This document shows, piece after piece, positions 45,257 through 52,980 of a DNA stretch of 64,000 bases (positions within the stretch are counted from its first letter, which is position 1; the number at the start of each line of letters is the position of its first letter). The stretch is from positions 33,101-97,100 of the forward strand of contig DHUU01000001.1 of assembly GCA_002409325.1 (NCBI GenBank), read 5' to 3'. The notes beneath the pieces were generated by a model. The model had not been told where the DNA came from, searched no databases, and worked only from the letters and a program-made list of their open reading frames with translations. Source of the stretch: Bacteroidales bacterium UBA5226. GTDB lineage: Bacteria; Bacteroidota; Bacteroidia; Bacteroidales; UBA932. Position numbers and translations under genes: made by a program.

Positions 45257-45901
45257 TTATTTAACAATATAATCCACAAAGATGGACTGAGTATGCACGT
45301 GTTCAGGCAGAATCTCTCCCGTTTTCACCAGTTCTTTTACTTCTGCAATGACAAGATCGGCAGCCATGGCCATCATAACATTGAAATTGCGTGTATTGCC
45401 CCTGTAAAACAGATTGCCCTCTTCATCGGCTACACTCGCTCCAACAAGGGCGACATCGGCTCTGAGAGGCTTTTCCAGCAGGTAATCCTTCCCATCTACA
45501 CAGATCACTTTCTTTCCCTCTTGTATAACAGTGCCAAGACCTGTAGGGGTCAGTATGCCACCCAGCCCGGCACCTGCACAGCGAATCTGTTCAATGAGTG
45601 TACCCTGAGGAACAAAGGTGATTTTCAGTTCACCGGCATGGTACTGATCTCCGGTATGGGGATTGGTCCCTATATGGCTGGTAATGACACTGGATACCCT
45701 GCGGGCAACGATCAGTTTGCCAGAACCCTTATCGGGAAAGCCTGTATCGTTGCAAATGATGGTAAGGTCTTTAACGTCTGTTTTCAGGATTTCGTCCAGT
45801 ATGCGATTAGGGCTCCCTACACCCAGGAAACCGCCAACCATGATGGTCATGCCTGATTTAATGTGAGAAACTGCTTCCTGTAATGATATTAGTTTGCTCA
45901 T
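45257..45901 (-). CDS. 3-oxoacid/acetoacetate CoA-transferase subunit A
   Basis: N-terminal LQEAVSHIKSGMTIMVGGFLGVGSP is typical of AtoD/CtfA. It is the first gene of the operon. Confidence 0.85.
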   Translation of the reverse strand: MSKLISLQEAVSHIKSGMTIMVGGFLGVGSPNRILDEILKTDVKDLTIICNDTGFPDKGSGKLIVARRVSSVITSHIGTNPHTGDQYHAGELKITFVPQGTLIEQIRCAGAGLGGILTPTGLGTVIQEGKKVICVDGKDYLLEKPLRADVALVGASVADEEGNLFYRGNTRNFNVMMAMAADLVIAEVKELVKTGEILPEHVHTQSIFVDYIVK

Positions 45902-45930
45902 AAAGGCTTTATTTGTTTAGAATTAATCTG

Positions 45931-45938
45931 CAAATATA
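45931..45938 (-). promoter_or_regulatory. -7 box (TATATTTG on minus strand) for the lysine-fermentation operon
   Basis: The plus strand reads CAAATATA, 29 nt upstream of the ATG at 45901. Confidence 0.45.
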
Positions 45939-45971
45939 GCTATATATAACGGAATTCTTGACAAAAAGTCT

Positions 45972-45979
45972 TATTTTTG
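45972..45979 (+). promoter_or_regulatory. -7 box TATTTTTG for the K+/H+ antiporter gene
   Basis: Exact TAnnTTTG, 21 nt before the ATG at 46001. Confidence 0.45.
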
Positions 45980-46000
45980 CATACTAAAACCCCCTTTAAA

Positions 46001-47494
46001 ATGACCATAACAGCGGAAAACATTCTCCTTATTGGATCCGTATTGCTGTTCTTTAGTTTACTGGCAGGCAAGACTGGATACAAATTCGGAGTTCCCACCC
46101 TTTTGCTTTTCCTGGTGGTGGGTATGGTTTTTGGTAGCGAGGGCCTGGGGTTGCAGTTTTCCAACCCGAAAATTGCACAGTTTATTGGTGTGGTGGCCTT
46201 GAGTATCATACTGTTTTCGGGAGGTATGGATACAAAATACGAAGAGATAAAACCCATAGCCCCCCAGGGAGTCATTCTGGCCACCCTGGGTGTGTTGCTT
46301 ACAGCTATTCTTACCAGTGCTTTCATATACGCGCTTTCACTGCTCATTCCCGGATTTGATCTGCCCCTCCCTGTATGCCTGCTCCTGGGAAGTATCATGT
46401 CCTCTACCGATTCCGCCTCGGTTTTTGCCATACTCCGGTCAAAAGGGCTGAAACTAAAACACAACCTGCGACCGTTGCTGGAACTGGAAAGCGGGAGCAA
46501 CGACCCCATGGCCTACATGCTTACCATAACCATGATCCAAATAATCATGACCACGGACAATCTCAGGATCTGGCAAGTGGCCCTGATGTTCTTATACCAG
46601 ATGATCACAGGCGGTCTTGCCGGATTTCTGCTAGGAAAACTGTGCGCATACCTGATGAAAAAATCTAACATCGGGAACGATTCCCTTTACCCGATCCTGA
46701 TACTGGCTTTCTGTTTTTTTATTTTTTCCTTTACAGACCTCATAAAAGGCAATGGATTCCTGGCTGTTTACATTGGAGGACTTGTGATAGGTAATTCCCG
46801 CTTTATCCACAAAAGAACCGTCAAGAACTTTTTTGACGGGCTTTCATGGCTCTCACAGATCATCATGTTCCTGGCCCTGGGCCTTCTGGTCAATCCTTCC
46901 GAACTCTGGCCCATAGCAGGTATCGGACTGCTGATAGGGATATTTATGATAGTCCTGGCACGGCCTGTGTCGGTTTTGATATCACTCATGCCGTTTCGCA
47001 TGATGACACTACAGTCCCGGATCTTTACAAGCTGGGTGGGCCTGAGAGGTGCAGTGCCCATTATTTTTGCAACGTACCCCCTGGTAAGTAAAGTTGCCCA
47101 GGCAAACATTCTTTTTAACATTGTCTTTTTTATTACCATCCTTTCACTCCTGTTCCAGGGAACTTCCATACCATGGGTAGCCAGAAAACTGCACGTTTCC
47201 ATCCCTCAGAAAAAAACAGCCCGGTCTGAGTTCGAAATGGAGTTTTCAGAAGACATCAAATCTGCCATGAGCGAGGTGATCGTAACCCAGGAGAGCCTGC
47301 GTTTCGGGAACAGGATGATGGAGATCCCGCTGCCCGATAAAACGCTCGTGGTAATGGTCAAAAGGGGTGATTCTTTTTTTATCCCCAGAGGCGGAACAGA
47401 GATTCAGATCGGGGATAAATTACTCATTATTTCAGATGACGAGAAGGCTTTAAGGGAAACTTACAAAAACCTTGGTATGGATTCGGATATCTAA
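46001..47494 (+). CDS. K+/H+ antiporter (CPA1, NhaP2/CvrA-like) with C-terminal TrkA_C-like domain
   Basis: About 12 TM segments followed by a soluble ~90-aa tail. The ATG at 46001 is 21 nt after a TATTTTTG box. The track ORF starts at a TTG at 45977, inside the box. Confidence 0.8.
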   Translation: MTITAENILLIGSVLLFFSLLAGKTGYKFGVPTLLLFLVVGMVFGSEGLGLQFSNPKIAQFIGVVALSIILFSGGMDTKYEEIKPIAPQGVILATLGVLLTAILTSAFIYALSLLIPGFDLPLPVCLLLGSIMSSTDSASVFAILRSKGLKLKHNLRPLLELESGSNDPMAYMLTITMIQIIMTTDNLRIWQVALMFLYQMITGGLAGFLLGKLCAYLMKKSNIGNDSLYPILILAFCFFIFSFTDLIKGNGFLAVYIGGLVIGNSRFIHKRTVKNFFDGLSWLSQIIMFLALGLLVNPSELWPIAGIGLLIGIFMIVLARPVSVLISLMPFRMMTLQSRIFTSWVGLRGAVPIIFATYPLVSKVAQANILFNIVFFITILSLLFQGTSIPWVARKLHVSIPQKKTARSEFEMEFSEDIKSAMSEVIVTQESLRFGNRMMEIPLPDKTLVVMVKRGDSFFIPRGGTEIQIGDKLLIISDDEKALRETYKNLGMDSDI

Positions 47495-47496
47495 AA

Positions 47497-47539
47497 TATA
47501 TAACATTTTTGTTATATAATATAACATACTTGTTATATT
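47497..47539. terminator. two tandem A/T-only hairpins with the same stem sequence between convergent genes
   Basis: TATATAACA-tttt-TGTTATATA (47497-47518) and AATATAACA-tact-TGTTATATT (47518-47539). Each has a 9-bp stem. They lie between the antiporter stop (47494) and the queA stop (47549). Confidence 0.4.
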
Positions 47540-47548
47540 CATTTATAT

Positions 47549-48802
47549 TTACCTGATATTCTTTGAGTTTGAATTAAACAACACGCTGGAGTCCCCATAA
47601 CTCAGAAAACGATAGCTTTCCTCCAGTGCGTGGTCATAGATCAACCTCCAGTCCTCCCCTGTCAGGGCTGCTACCAGCAGTAGCAAAGTTGAGTTTGGCT
47701 GGTGGTAATTTGTGATCAGAATATCTGTGGTCAGGAACCTGTAGGAAGGCGCTATGATGATCTGGGTGGAGGCATCCAGAACAGGTGTTTTTTCCCTGTC
47801 CATATAAGCGCACAAATGCTCCAGGGAGGTCTTGTAGAAAATCCCGGACGGGGTAACGTAGGGTTCCCACTGGCCCACCATGGAAGGAACCCTTCCCCCT
47901 GCCGCCTGCAAGCCCAGGTAGTAAAGGCTTTCCAGGCAACGGCAGGAAGTGGTCCCCACAGACACCACAGGGCCCCTGTGTGATATCAACTGTTGCAGAA
48001 ACTCCCGGGATACGCTGAATGGTTCACTGTGCATAATGTGATCGCGAATGTATTGGGTTTTTACCGGCCTGAAAGTGCCTGCCCCTACATGTAAAGTCAG
48101 TTCGCTAATCCCGATACCCCTTTTCCGGAGGTCATCAAGTACTTTTTGAGAAAAATGCAGCCCCGCAGTAGGAGCGGCAACTGATCCCCTCTTGCGGGCA
48201 TATATTGTTTGGTACCGCTCCAGGTCACTATCTTCCGACTCCCTTTTAAGGTAAGGGGGAATAGGAACCCTGCCCGAAGCCTCCAGAATAGCGGAAAACG
48301 GCAGGTTGGCAGTCCAGCTGAAACGGACCAGGAACCTGTCAGCCTCCTGACCTATCAGGCTTGCCGATAGACCCAGGCTCGTAAGCTTAGGGTCATTATG
48401 CGGATTATATAGGGGCAAGTGACCAGTTTTCCATTTTTTTGCGTTTCCTACAGCACAATACCATGTTGAAGAAGTATGCTGGGAAAATGCCAGTATGTAT
48501 TCTTTGGGAGAGGCCGGTTCAAGACAAAAGACTTCTATCAGCGCTCCGGTTTCCTTACGGAAGAACAATCTTGCTGGAACAACCTTAGTGTTATTGAATA
48601 CAAGCAGGCTGTCCCGTGGCAGAAGGGACGGCAAATCCTGAAAAACATGATCAGACACCTTGCCGTCACGGTAACATAATAATTTTGAATCGTGTCGGAC
48701 AGCAAGCGGATACTTTGCTATTTTTTGTTCCGGCAGGTCATAGGTATAATCACCTATGCGAACGCCCGGAATCGGAAAATGAAATACTGTCATAAACGTC
48801 AT
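47549..48802 (-). CDS. queA: S-adenosylmethionine:tRNA ribosyltransferase-isomerase
   Basis: YDLPEQKIAKYPL..RHDSKLL N-terminal block and the VGTTSCRCLES block. The start could be 48802 or 48790. Confidence 0.85.
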   Translation of the reverse strand: MTFMTVFHFPIPGVRIGDYTYDLPEQKIAKYPLAVRHDSKLLCYRDGKVSDHVFQDLPSLLPRDSLLVFNNTKVVPARLFFRKETGALIEVFCLEPASPKEYILAFSQHTSSTWYCAVGNAKKWKTGHLPLYNPHNDPKLTSLGLSASLIGQEADRFLVRFSWTANLPFSAILEASGRVPIPPYLKRESEDSDLERYQTIYARKRGSVAAPTAGLHFSQKVLDDLRKRGIGISELTLHVGAGTFRPVKTQYIRDHIMHSEPFSVSREFLQQLISHRGPVVSVGTTSCRCLESLYYLGLQAAGGRVPSMVGQWEPYVTPSGIFYKTSLEHLCAYMDREKTPVLDASTQIIIAPSYRFLTTDILITNYHQPNSTLLLLVAALTGEDWRLIYDHALEESYRFLSYGDSSVLFNSNSKNIR

Positions 48803-48859
48803 CAAAGGTATTGTAATTTAAGCAACTTTTTCACCTAAAGTTTTACTTTAATAGCTGAT

Positions 48860-48905
48860 TTACATTTGTAACTTACATTTGTGCCTAATTGTTTTACATA
48901 TGGAA
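48860..48905. promoter_or_regulatory. distal copies of the TTACA-N2-TGTAA motif (one full, two partial) near the queA start
   Basis: 48860-48871 TTACATTTGTAA is a full copy. 48873-48884 TTACATTTGTGC and 48894-48905 TTACATATGGAA are partial. The first two contain plus-strand TACATTTG boxes. Confidence 0.45.
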
Positions 48906-49234
48906 CGTTTTCTCCTGGTATTTTGTCGTTGTTATATATTTAGAAATTTTGAGCTGCTTATAAATATAAATATTAAAAATAAATAGTTATAAACATCTTA
49001 TAACCTGTGTTTTATAAATTTTATTTACATCTTTACTTAAACAGTATTCCGGTTTTTTTCTGCCTTTTTAAAAATTTTATCGTAGAAACGTAATTAATGT
49101 AATGTTATTAAATTATTATCCAGTTATATATATTGTTTATATGAAGTGTTAATAGAATACATGAAAATTATTTAGAATTCATACAAAAGAAATTGATTAT
49201 TAGTGTTTTGTAATGTTTAAGCTAGAATATTTGT

Positions 49235-49294
49235 TTACAAATGTATTAGTTATATAATTTACATATGTAAACTAATTTTATATTACATTTGTAA
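49235..49294. promoter_or_regulatory. phased array of three TTACA-N2-TGTAA inverted repeats (candidate operators; the third also contains a TACATTTG -7 box)
   Basis: Sites are 49235-49246 TTACAAATGTAT, 49259-49270 TTACATATGTAA (a perfect 14-bp palindrome across 49258-49271), and 49283-49294 TTACATTTGTAA. Start-to-start spacing is 24 and 24 bp. The array ends 17 nt before the ATG at 49312. Confidence 0.55.
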
Positions 49295-49311
49295 AAATAT
49301 TGTTTACAATT

Positions 49312-49695
49312 ATGAGAACGCGTTTGCAACAATTTTTAATGGCAGAAAACATCTCTCCTTCTCGTTTTGCAGATCAGATCGGGATCCAGCGCTCAGGTTT
49401 ATCTCATATATTGGCCGGAAGAAATAAACCCGGTTTTGACTTTATCGAAAAGATGCTTCTTACCTACCCGTCTCTTAATGCCGAATGGCTCATCACCGGA
49501 AAAGGCAAGATGTATAAAGAAATCCAGGAAAAAACTCAGGAAATGCTTCCTGAAGAACCAATATTTTCAGATAATAATAATTCATCTGTTGACACTTACA
49601 GTGGATTACCTGAAGTAGAACATAAATTAAATAAAGTATTGCTCTTTTATTCTGATAATACCTTTACAGAATACATCCCCGATAACGCCTCCTGA
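49312..49695 (+). CDS. HTH DNA-binding protein, phage CI-repressor-type HTH (127 aa)
   Basis: SPSRFADQIGIQRSGLSHILAGRNKP (helix-turn-helix) followed by LNAEWLITGKGKMY, the pattern I associate with Pfam Phage_CI_repr. The track's TTG start at 49300 was replaced by the ATG at 49312. Confidence 0.7.
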   Translation: MRTRLQQFLMAENISPSRFADQIGIQRSGLSHILAGRNKPGFDFIEKMLLTYPSLNAEWLITGKGKMYKEIQEKTQEMLPEEPIFSDNNNSSVDTYSGLPEVEHKLNKVLLFYSDNTFTEYIPDNAS

Positions 49696-49723
49696 TACTG
49701 ATTGCCTGTTTCAATTAATCCTG

Positions 49724-49731
49724 TATATTTG
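49724..49731 (+). promoter_or_regulatory. -7 box TATATTTG for pyrD
   Basis: Exact TAnnTTTG, 20 nt before the ATG at 49752. Confidence 0.45.
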
Positions 49732-49751
49732 TTCATTAAACATGAAGTCAA

Positions 49752-50774
49752 ATGTATCGTATCATCAGGCCCCTTATGTTTCTTTTTCCTCCCGAAACTG
49801 CCCATAAGCTGGTATTCATGGCTTTGGCTATAATGAAACACATCCCCTTTGGAACGAGTGTTTTACGGATGCTTTTTTCCTATAAATCCTCTTCAATGCA
49901 AAAACAGGTGATGGGCATAGATTTCCCAAATCCCGTGGGACTCGCTGCCGGGTTGGATAAAAATGCAGAGGTTTATAATCAGATGGGTGCTTTGGGTTTT
50001 GGTTTTGTAGAGATCGGATCTGTCACACTGGCTCCCCAGGAAGGGAATCCAAAACCCAGAAGTTTTCGTCTGGTAAAGGACAAAGCTTTAATCAACAGGA
50101 TGGGGATCAATAACTCAGGGGTGAATCAAATTGTACGCAATATTCAGCGATATAAACCCCATGTGATCATAGGCGGCAATATCTCAAAAAACACTAACAC
50201 CCCCAATAATCTGGCATACAAGGATTTTGAAAAGGCTTTTGCCCAAATGTACGATTATGTGGATTATTTTGTCATTAATGTAAGCTGCCCTAATGTGAAA
50301 GACCTGCGCAGCCTCCAGACCGTTGACAATCTGACCGTGATTATCAGGCATTTGACAGAAATCCGCAGGTATTGCGATGTTTACCGCCCTATTTTGCTAA
50401 AGGTGTCTCCCGATCTTTCCACTGATATGCTGGACCAGGTGATTGAATTGATCATGTTGTCGGGTCTGGATGGCGTAGTAGCCTGCAATACAACCGTATC
50501 CAGGGAAGGATTGGTTACTGCCAGGGAGAAGCTGGACACCATAGGGGAAGGAGGCCTAAGCGGCGCCCCGCTTAAAGAAAAAGTGCTTTCTGTTATCCGT
50601 TACATACATGAAAAAACTCAGGGCAACCTGCCCATTATTGGAGTGGGTGGGATCATGACTCCGCGTGACGCCAAAGACATGCTGGATGCCGGGGCATCGC
50701 TTGTTCAGGTTTATACCGGGTTTATTTACGAAGGTCCATGCTTTGCACGTAAAATACTGAAATACATCAGCTAG
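49752..50774 (+). CDS. pyrD: quinone-dependent dihydroorotate dehydrogenase (class 2)
   Basis: GLAAGLDKN, NVSCPN and GVGGI blocks. 340 aa with an N-terminal membrane-association helix. Confidence 0.9.
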   Translation: MYRIIRPLMFLFPPETAHKLVFMALAIMKHIPFGTSVLRMLFSYKSSSMQKQVMGIDFPNPVGLAAGLDKNAEVYNQMGALGFGFVEIGSVTLAPQEGNPKPRSFRLVKDKALINRMGINNSGVNQIVRNIQRYKPHVIIGGNISKNTNTPNNLAYKDFEKAFAQMYDYVDYFVINVSCPNVKDLRSLQTVDNLTVIIRHLTEIRRYCDVYRPILLKVSPDLSTDMLDQVIELIMLSGLDGVVACNTTVSREGLVTAREKLDTIGEGGLSGAPLKEKVLSVIRYIHEKTQGNLPIIGVGGIMTPRDAKDMLDAGASLVQVYTGFIYEGPCFARKILKYIS

Positions 50775-50799
50775 TAGAAATTACTTAATTTTTTACTTT

Positions 50800-51897
50800 A
50801 TGATAAAAAAATGGTTTCTGGTACTGTTCTCATTACTGGGATCAGTACTGCTTCTGGTATCATGCAACATTAGACAGGATAATGCAATCACAGAGATTGA
50901 TGAGCTCTTAACCCGGGTGTGGCCTTTGGATGAACCAGGCGGGGTTGTGCTGGTATTACATAAAGACAAGGTTGTATTCAGCAAAGGTTATGGGCTGGCC
51001 ACCATCAATCCTGAGACACCTGCCACACCTGCAACCAATTTTTGCATAGCTTCGGTTTCCAAACAGTTCGCTTCCATTGCAACCCTCAGGCTGGCGCAGG
51101 AAGGCAGGTTATCGCTGGAGGATCCGGTTTCAAAATATTTTCCACAATTCCAGGCGCCTTTTTTCCAGGACATAACCCTGGCCCATCTGCTTTCCCATAC
51201 ATCCGGGATCCCGGATGTCAGGCCACGCACAGATAGCCTTTATGTATACCACTCCACCGATGTGGAATCTTATTCCTATCTGGATACCCTGTCTTTTTTA
51301 AATTTCCTGCCCGGGTCTTCCTATCAATACATGAACCCGACGTACCAGCTGCTTTATACGGTTATTGAAAAGGCCTCGGGGATACCCTTTGAGGATTACA
51401 TGAAGAACGAATTGTTCCAGCCTGCGGGCATGTCAAACACGTTGTATTTTGAATCCGGCAGGGATATCCCCTCTATGGCCCATGGATATCTTTTCAACAG
51501 TGATACAGGCATTTGGGAAGAATATGATTACGGTGAGGCATCTTTTTTTGCTTCCAAGGCAGACGGAGCGCTCTATACATCTGCAGAAGAATTTGTTCTC
51601 TGGGAATATGCCTTGAGAAACAATACAATTCTGGGCCAGGAAATGACCGGTAAAGCCCATACTTCGCATATTTGGACCGATATCCCCGATACCGGTTATG
51701 GTTACGGATGGTTCATTTCCCAAATTAACGGAGCCCCGAAGATCTACCATACCGGAGATAACGGGGGCTTTAAAATCTATGCCGGCAGATACCCGCAAAC
51801 AGAAACCCTGCTCTTGATATTCTCTACCCGTGATTTTGAGCGGGAAGATACAGTGGAAAAAATGGAACGCATCCTGGGAGAAGCCGGTTGGCTATAA
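50800..51897 (+). CDS. serine hydrolase, beta-lactamase/PBP4*-like lipoprotein
   Basis: Lipobox LVSC, SxxK motif ASVSKQF, and a YxN-like YMN. Confidence 0.8.
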   Translation: MIKKWFLVLFSLLGSVLLLVSCNIRQDNAITEIDELLTRVWPLDEPGGVVLVLHKDKVVFSKGYGLATINPETPATPATNFCIASVSKQFASIATLRLAQEGRLSLEDPVSKYFPQFQAPFFQDITLAHLLSHTSGIPDVRPRTDSLYVYHSTDVESYSYLDTLSFLNFLPGSSYQYMNPTYQLLYTVIEKASGIPFEDYMKNELFQPAGMSNTLYFESGRDIPSMAHGYLFNSDTGIWEEYDYGEASFFASKADGALYTSAEEFVLWEYALRNNTILGQEMTGKAHTSHIWTDIPDTGYGYGWFISQINGAPKIYHTGDNGGFKIYAGRYPQTETLLLIFSTRDFEREDTVEKMERILGEAGWL

Positions 51898-52971
51898 TAG
51901 CCGCAGAAAATTGCCCCCCATGATCTTTTCTATGTCTGTATAGGAATAACCTCTGGAATATAATTCTTCTGTAATAACCGGAAGAAGTGAAACGTCCTCC
52001 AGGCCTGCGGGACAGACTTCTATCCCGTCAAAGTCGGAACCAATGCCCACATGATCCGGACCTACCATGGACACTACATGATCAATATGGTCAACTACCC
52101 TTTTATAGGAAGGCCTTGGAAGTGCAAATAGGGCTTTTTTTGCCTCCTGCATGCGTTTTTCGTTCTCTGCGGGATTATCCCTGTATGCCTCCTCGGCTTC
52201 TTCGTAGGCGTCAAGTAATGGGGCAACAGCCAGGGAAAAGGCTTTGTCAAGGAAAGGGGGATTGAAGTTGATCTGGATTACTCCACCCTGTGCTGCAAGA
52301 TCTTTAATCATCTGATCTGTAAGATTTCTGGGCACGTCACATAAAGCTCTGCAACAAGAGTGTGTAGAAACAACGGGACGTGTGGAATACTTAAGCACAT
52401 CATAAAAAGCCTCATCCGAAATATGCGCCACATCCACCAGGATCCCAAGGCGGTTCATCTCGGCAATCAATTCACGGCCAAAAGGACTAACCCCGTACCA
52501 GCGTTTTTCTTTGGTGGCACAACTGTCACAGACCTCGTTGTTACCCGCATGTGTCAAAGTGATATAGCGGACTCCCATCTTATAGAACAGGCGGAGCAGG
52601 GAAAGATCCTTGTGAATGGGACCGGCGTTCTCCATACCCAGGAATATGGCAATCCTGCCCTGCCTTTTCAATTCCCTGGCCGTAAGGGCATCCGTCGCCA
52701 AAGCCGCTTTATCGGGATAACGATCCAGCATATCGTACACAGATGCAAGCGCTTCAAGTGCCTTGTAGGTGCATTGGTAAGGCTCCCACTTATTGGAAAC
52801 ATAGATGGCAAAGAAGGAAGCGTCTACGCCTCCTTCTTTCATTCTTACCAGATCCACGTGACCTGTTCCGGTCCTCTGGCCTATATCCAGACCATACCTG
52901 CTGAGCATAATGGGTGTGTCACAATGTGAATCAAGAACCAGGATTTTCTGGTGGATCTCTTTGGCTGTCAT
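51892..52971 (-). CDS. membrane (renal-type) dipeptidase, peptidase family M19
   Basis: N-terminal VLDSHCDTP metal-binding block and the VSTHSC and IGSDFDG blocks. Confidence 0.85.
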   Translation of the reverse strand: MTAKEIHQKILVLDSHCDTPIMLSRYGLDIGQRTGTGHVDLVRMKEGGVDASFFAIYVSNKWEPYQCTYKALEALASVYDMLDRYPDKAALATDALTARELKRQGRIAIFLGMENAGPIHKDLSLLRLFYKMGVRYITLTHAGNNEVCDSCATKEKRWYGVSPFGRELIAEMNRLGILVDVAHISDEAFYDVLKYSTRPVVSTHSCCRALCDVPRNLTDQMIKDLAAQGGVIQINFNPPFLDKAFSLAVAPLLDAYEEAEEAYRDNPAENEKRMQEAKKALFALPRPSYKRVVDHIDHVVSMVGPDHVGIGSDFDGIEVCPAGLEDVSLLPVITEELYSRGYSYTDIEKIMGGNFLRLL

Positions 52972-52980
52972 ATCAATTAC

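Noticed and set aside
48860-49246. Invertible promoter (phase-variable DNA segment) bounded by inverted repeats TTACATTTGTAA / TTACAAATGTAT
   Set aside because: The repeat match is only 11-12 bp and does not extend into the flanks. The same motif occurs several more times, and no recombinase or invertase gene is nearby. The copies are better explained as operator or promoter motifs.
48806-49311. AT-rich island as chromosomal replication origin
   Set aside because: I found only one degenerate DnaA-box-like sequence (TTATCCAGT, 49115-49123). There is no cluster of TTATCCACA boxes and no dnaA/dnaN neighbourhood.
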